Positions 28,031-36,180 of a DNA stretch of 57,337 nucleotides are shown piece after piece. The notes beneath the pieces were generated by a model, which did no database searches, was not told the DNA's origin, and worked only from the letters and a program-made list of their open reading frames with translations. Origin of the DNA: a virus (lineage: Duplodnaviria; Caudoviricetes); the IMG/VR virus record IMGVR_UViG_3300021371_000016, positions 1 to 57,337 of that record. One strand, given 5' to 3'. The position numbers were made by a program, and so were the translations under genes. The stretch's first letter is position 1, and the number at the start of each line of letters is the position of its first letter.

Positions 28031-28573
28031 TTATAATTCAAATGTTTCTTCTTCAGTTTCAACATCATTTGTTACTTCATCATTTTCCTCTATCTCAGCT
28101 TCTTCAGCTTTAGGTTCTGATTTAACTGGCTCAGCTTTTGGAGCATTTCCATTTGCTTCTCTTATAGCATCACCATTTGCGTGAGGAATTAGAGAATCTT
28201 GCTGAAGACCAGATGCATCATAGAAAGATGTTCTATAAATAGGTTCTCCATCTGCAGTACAACAAATAATACCTGTTGAACCTGCAATTTTAAGATCTCT
28301 ATCTGGATCTGTTGCACTAAAAGGTTCTGTAGACTCTTTAACTACAATTTTACCAGGAAGAGTAGCCATTTTATCTAGACCGATATCAACTAAATCTTCC
28401 ATCTTACCAAGAATTAATGCACTTCTTGATTTTTTATTTACCCATCCATTTGGACCGAATGTTACGGCATCTTGGGTTACTCTTACAAATCCATAATCTG
28501 GATTGTTTTTTGACTGACGTATAACATTACCGTTATCATCAGCAACAATTGTTACTTGATTTTCTTGTGACAT
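28031..28573 (-). CDS. Putative ssDNA-binding protein
   Basis: Beta-rich core (LPGKIVVKES, PIYR) with a long acidic tail ending ETFEL. Confidence 0.55.
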   Translation of the reverse strand: MSQENQVTIVADDNGNVIRQSKNNPDYGFVRVTQDAVTFGPNGWVNKKSRSALILGKMEDLVDIGLDKMATLPGKIVVKESTEPFSATDPDRDLKIAGSTGIICCTADGEPIYRTSFYDASGLQQDSLIPHANGDAIREANGNAPKAEPVKSEPKAEEAEIEENDEVTNDVETEEETFEL

Positions 28574-28606
28574 TTTAAAAAAATTAATAATTAATAAAAG
28601 ATGTAT

Positions 28607-28873
28607 TTAAACATCATCTGATTTAAAGTCAGGATCAATAAGTTTATCAAAATCATCTATTTCATCTAGACCAGGTTCATAATCTTGGTCTTCTTCTGCT
28701 GCTTTTCTAGCTTCAGATGATTTTTCATTAAATGGTTGATAAAACGGATTGATGCACTCTTTTGTATAGTGTATTCCTAAGCCATTTAGCTCATTAATTT
28801 CCTCATCAGTCAAATCTAAATATAGTTCAACTGATAATTCAACAACTCGGCCATTTGGTAACTGTACAATCAT
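28607..28873 (-). CDS. Small acidic protein
   Basis: MIVQLPNGRVVELSVE.YL.LTDEEI; very D/E-rich. Confidence 0.7.
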   Translation of the reverse strand: MIVQLPNGRVVELSVELYLDLTDEEINELNGLGIHYTKECINPFYQPFNEKSSEARKAAEEDQDYEPGLDEIDDFDKLIDPDFKSDDV

Positions 28874-28897
28874 GCTTAAATTTAATCAAGTGTTATT

Positions 28898-28905
28898 CAA
28901 AAATA
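28898..28905 (-). promoter_or_regulatory. Bacteroidota-type promoter (-7 TATTTTTG)
   Basis: Perfect TAnnTTTG with TTG about 20 nt upstream, before the 28873 start. Confidence 0.55.
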
Positions 28906-28985
28906 ACAATTAAACGAGTTAATCCAAGCTTATATGTACTAATAAAGGAATCTTATTTAAAAATAATTTGTAATAATATAGCTAA

Positions 28986-29225
28986 CTACATTAAAATAAT
29001 AAAACGGCCATTTCTTTTAATGTACTTTTTATCTTTTAATTCTCTAATATATGTTGATATTTGAGTTGTACTTTTATTTGATATATCAGCTAAAGTATTT
29101 ATTGATGGGTAGCAGGATCTAGATTTATTAGCATAACAACAGAGTATTCCATATAAACCTTTTGATTGAATTGAAATATCTGGATCTGTCATTATATCAT
29201 AATTAACTATACCGAATCTTTTCAT
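28986..29225 (-). CDS. Helix-turn-helix protein (HTH_36-like)
   Basis: DPDISIQSKGLY..L..YA....CYPS..TLA......I..YIRELK. Confidence 0.75.
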   Translation of the reverse strand: MKRFGIVNYDIMTDPDISIQSKGLYGILCCYANKSRSCYPSINTLADISNKSTTQISTYIRELKDKKYIKRNGRFIILM

Positions 29226-29437
29226 GTTTTTTTAATATCATCTATCCTTCTTGTATATTTTCCTTTTATTAACTTATATGCATCCCAATCATCCATGCTT
29301 TTAAGTGATTCATCTTTAAATCTATATTTTGAGTTCATTTCTTCTCCAAAGGATAACTTTTTATCTTTTAAGAAATTTTTTAAACCATTATAAGTTATCC
29401 ATTCATTTTCTAATAATTCATTTGATATTTCAGCCAT
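29222..29437 (-). CDS. Hypothetical protein
   Basis: 71-aa coupled ORF. Confidence 0.55.
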   Translation of the reverse strand: MAEISNELLENEWITYNGLKNFLKDKKLSFGEEMNSKYRFKDESLKSMDDWDAYKLIKGKYTRRIDDIKKT

Positions 29438-29879
29438 TTTTAAGAAATTTAATTTTGGATTTATCTACTTTAATCAATTTATATGTATCTAAGTCATAAT
29501 CTAACTCAACAAATTCAGAATCATGACAAAAATAAATTCTAGTTTTCATTTTCCAGTAATAAGGTTTATGAACACTTCTACTATATGAGTCAGACATAAC
29601 TATTTTACCATAAACATAGCCATCATCAATTAAACCAAGATCTATTAGGTTATCATATTCTACCTCATCTATGTTTTTACTAAGTTCATCAAAACTTACT
29701 TTAAAATAATCACCTGGATACATTTCTTCCCAAGAAGGATTATCAATTATTTCAGCCAACATATTTAATGTTTGGCTAGTTATAACTTCTTCTCTAAAAT
29801 ATTTTTTAATTCGTTGTATACCAGGATGATTTTCATTAAAAACTTCTTTTAAAAGAATATCTACTATTTTTTTATTCAT
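29430..29879 (-). CDS. Hypothetical protein
   Basis: 149-aa ORF. Confidence 0.65.
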   Translation of the reverse strand: MNKKIVDILLKEVFNENHPGIQRIKKYFREEVITSQTLNMLAEIIDNPSWEEMYPGDYFKVSFDELSKNIDEVEYDNLIDLGLIDDGYVYGKIVMSDSYSRSVHKPYYWKMKTRIYFCHDSEFVELDYDLDTYKLIKVDKSKIKFLKNG

Positions 29880-29994
29880 TCTAATTATCTTTTTATTTAG
29901 TAGATAGGGGCAGTGGTTTTACCACAAACTCCAATGCCCCATCTACAGGTTACCACTCATCAACCTAAAGTTATATAATACTGGTACTGTTTGT

Positions 29995-30540
29995 TTACGA
30001 TATACCGGAATATTTTACCATAAAATCATTATTCATCTCATAAGTTTCAAAATTAAGCGGGTTAACTTTGTGTTTAAGAGTAATATTGTTCTTAATATCA
30101 TTTATAGTAGTATTCTTTAAAGTTTTTATAAATAATGATAGATCTTTTTTACATTTTTTTAATTCTCTAATGTTATCATAATGATTACTAAATGATATTC
30201 CTTCATCTACATAACGGCTTTGTAACTCAATATAATCCAAACTTATGTGAATAAAATAGTATCCAGAATCATAAGTAATACCATTATATAAAGCTAATTG
30301 TAAAGATTTAAGTTTATCACAAAGCCATTTTGGATTATTATGTCTAATATTAGCACACGACTCAGTAACTCCTTTTTCTACAGTATATTTATTTGTTACA
30401 TTTCCTGAATAATAGTTATTTGAAAGAATTATCTCTTTATTGCCATAAGAATATAGTTCTCCGCAATGTCCTTTAAACAATTTATTTCTATCAAACTTTA
30501 TAATTCTATCACTTAATTTGCGTTTTGGGAAGTTTTCCAT
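29995..30540 (-). CDS. Hypothetical protein
   Basis: 181-aa ORF. Confidence 0.6.
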   Translation of the reverse strand: MENFPKRKLSDRIIKFDRNKLFKGHCGELYSYGNKEIILSNNYYSGNVTNKYTVEKGVTESCANIRHNNPKWLCDKLKSLQLALYNGITYDSGYYFIHISLDYIELQSRYVDEGISFSNHYDNIRELKKCKKDLSLFIKTLKNTTINDIKNNITLKHKVNPLNFETYEMNNDFMVKYSGIS

Positions 30541-30597
30541 ATCACGGCTTTATATAATGAGCTTAGCATATACCAAGCTCATTAAAAATTAATAATT

Positions 30598-30816
30598 TTA
30601 CTTGTTGTTAGCTAAAAATTCTTCTTTAGCGTCCTTAGTAATTTTAAATTTATATTTAGACTTCAAATCTAAATGCTGTTTCTTGTTATTTGAACCATAT
30701 GCATCACATTGCACATAGTGTACTCCACAAGAAGATAATAATGCTGCTATAATAGTAATTGCAGCAAACCAGCTCATAACTATTAATGCTGGATTTTTTG
30801 ATAATATTTTTTTCAT
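30598..30816 (-). CDS. Small putative lipoprotein
   Basis: Hydrophobic stretch then LLSSC lipobox and CDAY. Confidence 0.65.
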   Translation of the reverse strand: MKKILSKNPALIVMSWFAAITIIAALLSSCGVHYVQCDAYGSNNKKQHLDLKSKYKFKITKDAKEEFLANNK

Positions 30817-30985
30817 AATTATTGTTTATTAATATTTAACCATGGTTTTTTCACCATTACTTATTTGATATATAGGATCCCCATCTATTGATGATCCCAA
30901 ATTTGCTATTTCCCAACTAGGAGTTATATACTCTATTCCAAATTTTGTGTATATGTAGTCAACCTGTGGTTCATTTGAATTATAA

Positions 30986-31222
30986 CTAGCCATAACTTTT
31001 GCAATATTTTAAATAATCTAAATCTGATTTATATTTATCTCTTATAAATATATAATTATACTCTATAGCTAATTCTCTTAACTTATTGCTGCGTGTTAAT
31101 GCATCTATGATTACATCATCAGATAATAACTCAATTGGCTTACTTCTATCTATAGGAGGCAAGACTTCAATCTTACCTCCTTTTTTTACAAAACGATCTG
31201 AATCTAATATTTGTATATTCAT
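30986..31222 (-). CDS. Hypothetical protein
   Basis: 78-aa ORF. Confidence 0.55.
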   Translation of the reverse strand: MNIQILDSDRFVKKGGKIEVLPPIDRSKPIELLSDDVIIDALTRSNKLRELAIEYNYIFIRDKYKSDLDYLKYCKSYG

Positions 31223-31345
31223 TAGTTCTTGTATATTTCTAATACCATAAATGGTAAAATTATTATCCCATGAAGTTTTTTTCTTGAACCTCTTCTTTCA
31301 ATTCCGATTCCTAATCCTATTATCCATCCAAATTCTACGTCTATT

Positions 31346-31534
31346 CTAATACCCATTTCTTTGTTTTTTATTTTCTTGATGTAATATTATACCCATTGAT
31401 ACACAAGCAATAACAAACATTGCTTGATATGTGGCTAATACACCAAATACGTTAATACTTAATTCATATAATCCTGCTCCGGCTACTGATATAACTATAA
31501 GCATTAGCCAGAAATTTTTCATACTTCTTTTCAT
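31346..31534 (-). CDS. Small 2-TM membrane protein
   Basis: Two hydrophobic helices. Confidence 0.6.
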   Translation of the reverse strand: MKRSMKNFWLMLIVISVAGAGLYELSINVFGVLATYQAMFVIACVSMGIILHQENKKQRNGY

Positions 31535-31776
31535 TTTTTACTTTTTACTTTAACTTCTTCAAATTGTATTCTATCAGTATACTTATGCATAACCATACAT
31601 GTTAATGCTATAAATCCACAACCAATAAATGGCCATGGCATTGTGTTGATGAGTTCTGGTCCTCCAAATATTTGAATGTAAAATGGACTTACAAATGCAC
31701 ATGTAAATAATAGCGCTCCATATAATAAAACTCTTGAAGCATCAAAGCTTTTTAAATAATTAGTTCTCTTTTTCAT
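31531..31776 (-). CDS. Small 2-TM membrane protein
   Basis: Two hydrophobic helices; ATGA overlap. Confidence 0.6.
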   Translation of the reverse strand: MKKRTNYLKSFDASRVLLYGALLFTCAFVSPFYIQIFGGPELINTMPWPFIGCGFIALTCMVMHKYTDRIQFEEVKVKSKK

Positions 31777-32022
31777 TTTTGTGTTTTTTTTTACGATAAT
31801 ACTTCTTTTTATTCCTATAGACTTGTTTTTTACAAGCCTCTTGAATTTCCTGCTGTGTTACTACAATTTTTTTCATAATTAAAGGTTCTATTTGTATAGA
31901 AATTAAAATGGTGATATCAATGGATTCCTTTTGATACCATTATCCATCCCAGTTCATGTTGTGTGATTGCCCCTATACGAGCTTCGAATTTACCATGTTT
32001 TCTAAGTTTTAATTAAATTTAA

Positions 32023-32154
32023 TTAGTGGTTAATAAAATAAATTATGTTCTTTATGCATATCACAATACATGCTATAAAATATGAACCCAATACTACTTT
32101 ATGTATTAATTTAAGTTCCAATTCTTCAATTAGTTCTTTTATAATTTTTAGCAT
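32023..32154 (-). CDS. 43-aa single-TM peptide (MLKIIKELIEELELKLIHKVVLGSYFIACIVICIKNIIYFINH)
   Basis: Read manually; same AAAACCACAAAATCATG leader as the 32378 ORF. Confidence 0.5.
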   Translation of the reverse strand: MLKIIKELIEELELKLIHKVVLGSYFIACIVICIKNIIYFINH

Positions 32155-32177
32155 GATTTTGTGGTTTTGATTTATAA

Positions 32178-32378
32178 TTAATTTAATGTGGTTATTCTAT
32201 GATGTACGATATATATATCATTACCATATTTATCTTTAGCTTCTTTAAGACATTCTTCTTTAATATCTTTAGCATTATCAAAATAAGAACAGTTTCCTTT
32301 AAGATGTACTCCATTACTAAATTCAAAGTAATAAGATCCATTAGGAACATCAAATATTAAGTCATTAGGATTTGGCAT
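32178..32378 (-). CDS. Hypothetical protein
   Basis: 66 aa with AAAACCACAAAATCATG leader. Confidence 0.6.
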   Translation of the reverse strand: MPNPNDLIFDVPNGSYYFEFSNGVHLKGNCSYFDNAKDIKEECLKEAKDKYGNDIYIVHHRITTLN

Positions 32379-32403
32379 GATTTTGTGGTTTTAGTTTATA
32401 AAT

Positions 32404-32431
32404 AAAATGGAGTGCCAATAGCTGACACTCC
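32404..32431 (-). terminator. Hairpin / terminator
   Basis: Minus strand GGAGTGTCA-GCTAT-TGGCACTCC followed by ATTTTATTT. Confidence 0.55.
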
Positions 32432-32453
32432 TGTGTACATTTTTGTCAAAGTA

Positions 32454-32783
32454 TTATACTGATTTGACAGTCAGTTCTTGATTGTATACTATGTCTATGT
32501 AATTCTTTGGATTTTCATTAAACCACTTTAGAGTTTCAAAGAAATAATTGCTATCCATATGGTTACCACTCATTTCATCTCTCTCTAATAAGTCTCCATC
32601 TTTAATGATATACGTCAACAATCTAATTCCACAAGGATGCTTTATAAAAAGCTCATCATACGGATATTCTAATGTTGGTAAAACATGTAACTCATAGCTT
32701 GGATCAGCTATACTCTTAAAAATAGTTGGTTGATCTAATTTCATATCAAACAAATACATTGCATCTTCAAATAAATTTCTCAT
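32454..32783 (-). CDS. Hypothetical protein
   Basis: Start refined to MRNLFEDAMY after an AAAACCAAAC leader; the upstream extension overlaps the tRNA-like element. Confidence 0.65.
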   Translation of the reverse strand: MRNLFEDAMYLFDMKLDQPTIFKSIADPSYELHVLPTLEYPYDELFIKHPCGIRLLTYIIKDGDLLERDEMSGNHMDSNYFFETLKWFNENPKNYIDIVYNQELTVKSV

Positions 32784-32806
32784 GATGTTTGGTTTTGGAG
32801 TGAATA

Positions 32807-32881
32807 TGGTGGCAGTAATAGGATTCGAACCTATACATTCCAGGGCCATCATAAGAGCTATCATTCCTATGTGGTACTGCC
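32807..32881 (-). tRNA. 75-nt tRNA-like element with degenerate D and anticodon arms
   Basis: Perfect 7-bp acceptor GGCAGTA/TACTGCC, T-arm ATAGG-TTCGAAT-CCTAT, 3' ACCA; no canonical U8, D-arm or anticodon stem. Confidence 0.7.
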
Positions 32882-32884
32882 ATA

Positions 32885-33825
32885 TAAATTAAAAGGCTGA
32901 GTGATTGACCTTTTATATGCAGATTGATAAGTGTTTCCACTATTATCACACACAACTATTTCTAATTGTACTACACATGTTCACGGTTTGATATGTCCGC
33001 GCATAACTACTGTTGTGGATATAAATTCACGTTCATACCAACTTCCCTGCGACAGGATTAACAGGCTGCGACCTGCTAGTTAGATATTAATAGCTTCATT
33101 CACGATCTAGCTTGCGGCTATCACATGTCCCCATATTACAGAGGAATAAGAACATTGTTATACCAATGGGATCGTTAGGTCACCCACCAATAATACACAA
33201 CAGTCTCCAAACTAATTTTGCTTATAAATCTTTCTTGTTTAAGTTATATATAGCACAGGTAATAACGGAAGACGCTCGGAGTTATCATAACCATGGTTCC
33301 TTTTGAGAACTTTAGATTACAACTCCCGTCTGCTTTTGCTTGTCAAGGCTACTCGCTAACATCATACTTACACACAGGATTTCTCCTAGCACATAGTGTA
33401 TTCAGTCTAATAACAGCTTCAAGTGCGACAACACTATACTACCATTATCCAATACAATTCTTATTGACTTTTCAGTCTCAAGAGCAATGCCTGTCATGCT
33501 CTCTGTATTACTCACAAACCCGTGGGATTTATTGCTGCCGTAATACAGATATTATATTGCCATTCTATAAAATGCATAGCGAACTATACATCACAGGAAG
33601 GTTAACTACAAGCCCTTCCCATTTTATCCCATTACTGGTTTATCTTAACGTCATGATGGCTGACGAACATTTCTTTAGACACTAATGCTACCTCAAGGAT
33701 AGACATAAGTCACGGTAATGTTAAACGTTCCAAGGATTCTCACCTTAGTTCTAGTATGCTTTTCAGGTCTCACTTAACTAGAATAAAGACACGGGAAGGC
33801 AGTTAGCCTTCTTCTGTTTTGCTAC
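32885..33825 (-). ncRNA. Large structured ncRNA, GOLLD-like candidate (boundaries approximate)
   Basis: No credible ORF, GC visibly above the flanks, many stems (e.g. 33502-33511/33540-33549, 33749-33755/33777-33783); motifs recalled from GOLLD-like RNAs (GTTGTA...CTCAAAAGG, TAGCCGCAAG, GGTCGCA, terminal CTCAGCC hairpin); flanked by tRNA-like elements. Confidence 0.55.
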
Positions 33826-33828
33826 GTA

Positions 33829-33964
33829 TGTAGTGTGGTGGGTCACGATCCCACAAAAAGTTTGGTTTTCATATACTGCATGTTAAAATATCTAACTTAC
33901 TATTAAGGTTTATATTTTCTATAGGTAAGCAGTTGCCCCATTAATTATAATTCATCCAGACTAC
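33829..33964 (-). ncRNA. Second tRNA-like element (acceptor plus T-arm mimic with ~100-nt insert)
   Basis: GTAGTCTG/CACACTAC acceptor-like stem (one mismatch) stacked on GTGGG-ATCGTGA-CCCAC; no encoded CCA. Confidence 0.35.
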
Positions 33965-33969
33965 ACTCC

Positions 33970-34318
33970 TACCCCCATAAATGAGACAACCTCCTATTTC
34001 TAGTGATTGCTTGTAGTTCGAACGTGTTTTTGGCCTGTCCAGATATACGTTGATGGGTTTACCATTCCCTTTCCTTCATCCTCATTGCAGGACTAGCCTT
34101 GGCAAGGCACTTCGTTGTTAATTAATAACAATTGCATTAAGACACGAATGTCAACGATGCTACCTGGCAGTCATTTGATAAATCAAATAGTTGTACCTGC
34201 GTTACAGAGAGGCGTTTTAAAGCAGATTTTCCAGTCATGCTGGCTCCTCGTTGCAATTGTTAATTGGATAAGCACAGAAGGGATGAGGTGATCAAATCTC
34301 AAGGCTTCTGCGCCCGTT
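33970..34318 (-). ncRNA. Structured RNA candidate (~350 nt)
   Basis: 11-bp stem 34126-34136/34252-34262, GCGCAGAAG/CTTCTGTGC (G-U on minus), GACA-TTCG-TGTC hairpin. Confidence 0.5.
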
Positions 34319-34324
34319 CTTTTG

Positions 34325-34579
34325 TTAATCATATGGATGCATATCACTGTCATCAAACATATCATTAATCATATCTTCTTGGAAGTTATTTCCAATGTCA
34401 TATTTAACTAACTCAGGTTTAAATTCTGAGTTGTTAGGAGCATAAAATTTCTGTGACCATATTCTAAATTCCAATTTGATATCAGGGAAAGGATAGTTAT
34501 GGTTAGACTCTTCTATACACCGAGTTCTGATATGATCAGCAAATGCTAACATATCTTTTAACGAATATTCTTTATTCAT
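34325..34579 (-). CDS. Hypothetical protein
   Basis: Start refined to MNKEYSLKDMLAFA. Confidence 0.55.
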   Translation of the reverse strand: MNKEYSLKDMLAFADHIRTRCIEESNHNYPFPDIKLEFRIWSQKFYAPNNSEFKPELVKYDIGNNFQEDMINDMFDDSDMHPYD

Positions 34580-34698
34580 AAGCGTTAGTTTAGTGTGGTT
34601 AAAAAAGTGAGCATCCATCTCTGAGGAAGCTTGTGCTAATTGGCACTTGCTTCCCCATTACGGTCAACTCACTCATTGGAATATGGTTATTCCCTTGG

Positions 34699-35043
34699 TT
34701 AGATACAATCATGCCAAGGGCTGTGGTGCGTTATCTGCCCTGTACCAGGACGATGTCTTTCAATAGAACAATCACTATTGAAATTGTAAGTGTTCAGGTT
34801 GAACCTTTTGTGAAGAAAGTTAGAAACCTTACGAGAAGGGTAGAACATATCTTTTAATGCAGAGTAACCTCTACGGTGCAACTGAATTCTCAAAAACAAC
34901 TTACAGAAAGCTTTTTGAGTAGTAATCCACTCATGTGAATTATAAGTAGAGACAATATAACTTCTCTTGAATCTTCTAAGAAGATCTTTCTTTGGCTTTA
35001 GGTCTCCTCCAAAGAGAGCTTTTATTTCATCATAATCTTCCAT
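34699..35043 (-). CDS. Hypothetical protein
   Basis: 114 aa with TAAACCACTTACTATG leader. Confidence 0.5.
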   Translation of the reverse strand: MEDYDEIKALFGGDLKPKKDLLRRFKRSYIVSTYNSHEWITTQKAFCKLFLRIQLHRRGYSALKDMFYPSRKVSNFLHKRFNLNTYNFNSDCSIERHRPGTGQITHHSPWHDCI

Positions 35044-35196
35044 AGTAAGTGGTTTAAGGTTAATTAATGGTGTCCAAGAGTCAGTTTAGCTAGATTCTCC
35101 CAGCATAGGACTGTCCCCTAACTCTTGGCAATTTTGTCTTTAGATTTTTTCTATTCCCAGGTACTAAGACATTTAACCTATAGGTAAGTACTCTTC

Positions 35197-35289
35197 TTAG
35201 ATAGATAATACTACATGTAAGCCATAAGCAAACATAGTAGAGACTCCCATCATAAGAATTGCAATTGATAAGTGTGCAATGTTCTTCAT
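35197..35289 (-). CDS. 30-aa hydrophobic peptide (MKNIAHLSIAILMMGVSTMFAYGLHVVLSI)
   Basis: Read manually; TAATACCACAAC leader. Confidence 0.45.
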   Translation of the reverse strand: MKNIAHLSIAILMMGVSTMFAYGLHVVLSI

Positions 35290-35299
35290 TGTTGTGGTA

Positions 35300-35895
35300 T
35301 TAGAGTGGATTGTAGCCATATATATAATTAGACAGCAACAATTGATTATGATTCATACTACCCATGAATCTAGGGTTTATTTGGGTCACCCATAAAACAA
35401 TAAACGCACGTACAAATAGTTAGTAGCGGTCTAGTATTTTAAAAGTTTAAGGGCTTAAGTGCTAAAGTAAGCACCAATATGGGTATTTATCCGCTCTTAT
35501 GAACGGATAACCCAATAGTTGAGAACTTTAGGCGTTCTCATTGCGAACCCATTCCAATGGAGTTACACAGCCGTTAGATCCTATATACATAGTTCTTGTG
35601 GTATTAAGTTAGAAACTATAATCCGTACTGCAACGTATAAGCGCTATCACCTGCTTATAGGTTGCAATGAGTGGATTTAATGATTAGCATGTGTTGACGG
35701 TATCTTTCTCTACCAGATGTTTAACGTCACTCTCTGAACCCTGTCAATATAGTTTACAACTACATGCTATTAGTCAGTAATGTGGTGCACTACACCGCTA
35801 TTTTACGTGGGCTCCTCGTCCCCGTAACTATAGTCAGTGTAGTGTAGCAAAGTCCAATACTTCCGCCTACTTCCTTCAGCGCAGTATTGGTTGGC
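35300..35895 (-). ncRNA. Structured RNA candidate / long structured intercistronic leader
   Basis: Series of long stems: 35854-35861/35883-35890, 35685-35692/35762-35769, TTATCCG/CGGATAA, GAGAAC/GTTCTC, TGCAAC/GTTGCA. Confidence 0.5.
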
Positions 35896-35907
35896 CTCTA
35901 AGCCTGA

Positions 35908-36180
35908 TTACAACACTAGCTCACCGAGCACGTTGTTATCAGATGGCTTAGAAACAAGTAAAAACGTTTCACCGTTTTCGCTTGTGACCTCTGAGACTGT
36001 AAGCTCCAGAGATAAGGCCTCAACCTTATCACTGATAGCGCCAGTCACGGACGTGCCTGGGACAGCAAAGAAGCGTTTACCGGTCTTTGGGGAACGGATG
36101 ATTTGCATCTTTGATGCGCCCTGATCACGTAAGAAGTCGGCAATTGGCATTGTGGTTCCCCACGTCAATTTCCTTTCCAT
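35908..36180 (-). CDS. First gene of the leftward unit, hypothetical (SPKTGKRFF motif)
   Basis: 90 aa, visibly higher GC than the other CDSs; xPKTGKxF pattern recalled from crAss-like early genes. Confidence 0.65.
   Translation of the reverse strand: MERKLTWGTTMPIADFLRDQGASKMQIIRSPKTGKRFFAVPGTSVTGAISDKVEALSLELTVSEVTSENGETFLLVSKPSDNNVLGELVL

Noticed and set aside
32784-32864. N-terminal extension of the 32454-32864 ORF
   Set aside because: Overlaps the tRNA-like element; a better start with an AAAACC leader exists at 32783
33293-33685. 130-aa + strand ORF (also 33112-33306 + and 34183-34365 -)
   Set aside because: Atypical composition, no leader motif, overlaps a highly paired region; likely spurious
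32807-33964. tmRNA, RNase P RNA or group I intron
   Set aside because: No G3-U70 acceptor pair or tag frame, no GAGGAAAGUCC core, no recognisable P/Q/R/S elements
34240-34262. HDV-like/theta ribozyme suggested by TCCTCGT on the + strand (also at 35813)
   Set aside because: P3 and P1/P1.1 pairings could not be completed, and the strand is opposite to the inferred transcription
32885-35895. Stop-codon reassignment (TAG or TGA recoding, known in some crAss-like phages) as the explanation for the ORF-poor region
   Set aside because: Long genes elsewhere are intact in the standard code and end in all three stop codons; the region's dense base-pairing fits RNA structure better. Not tested computationally.
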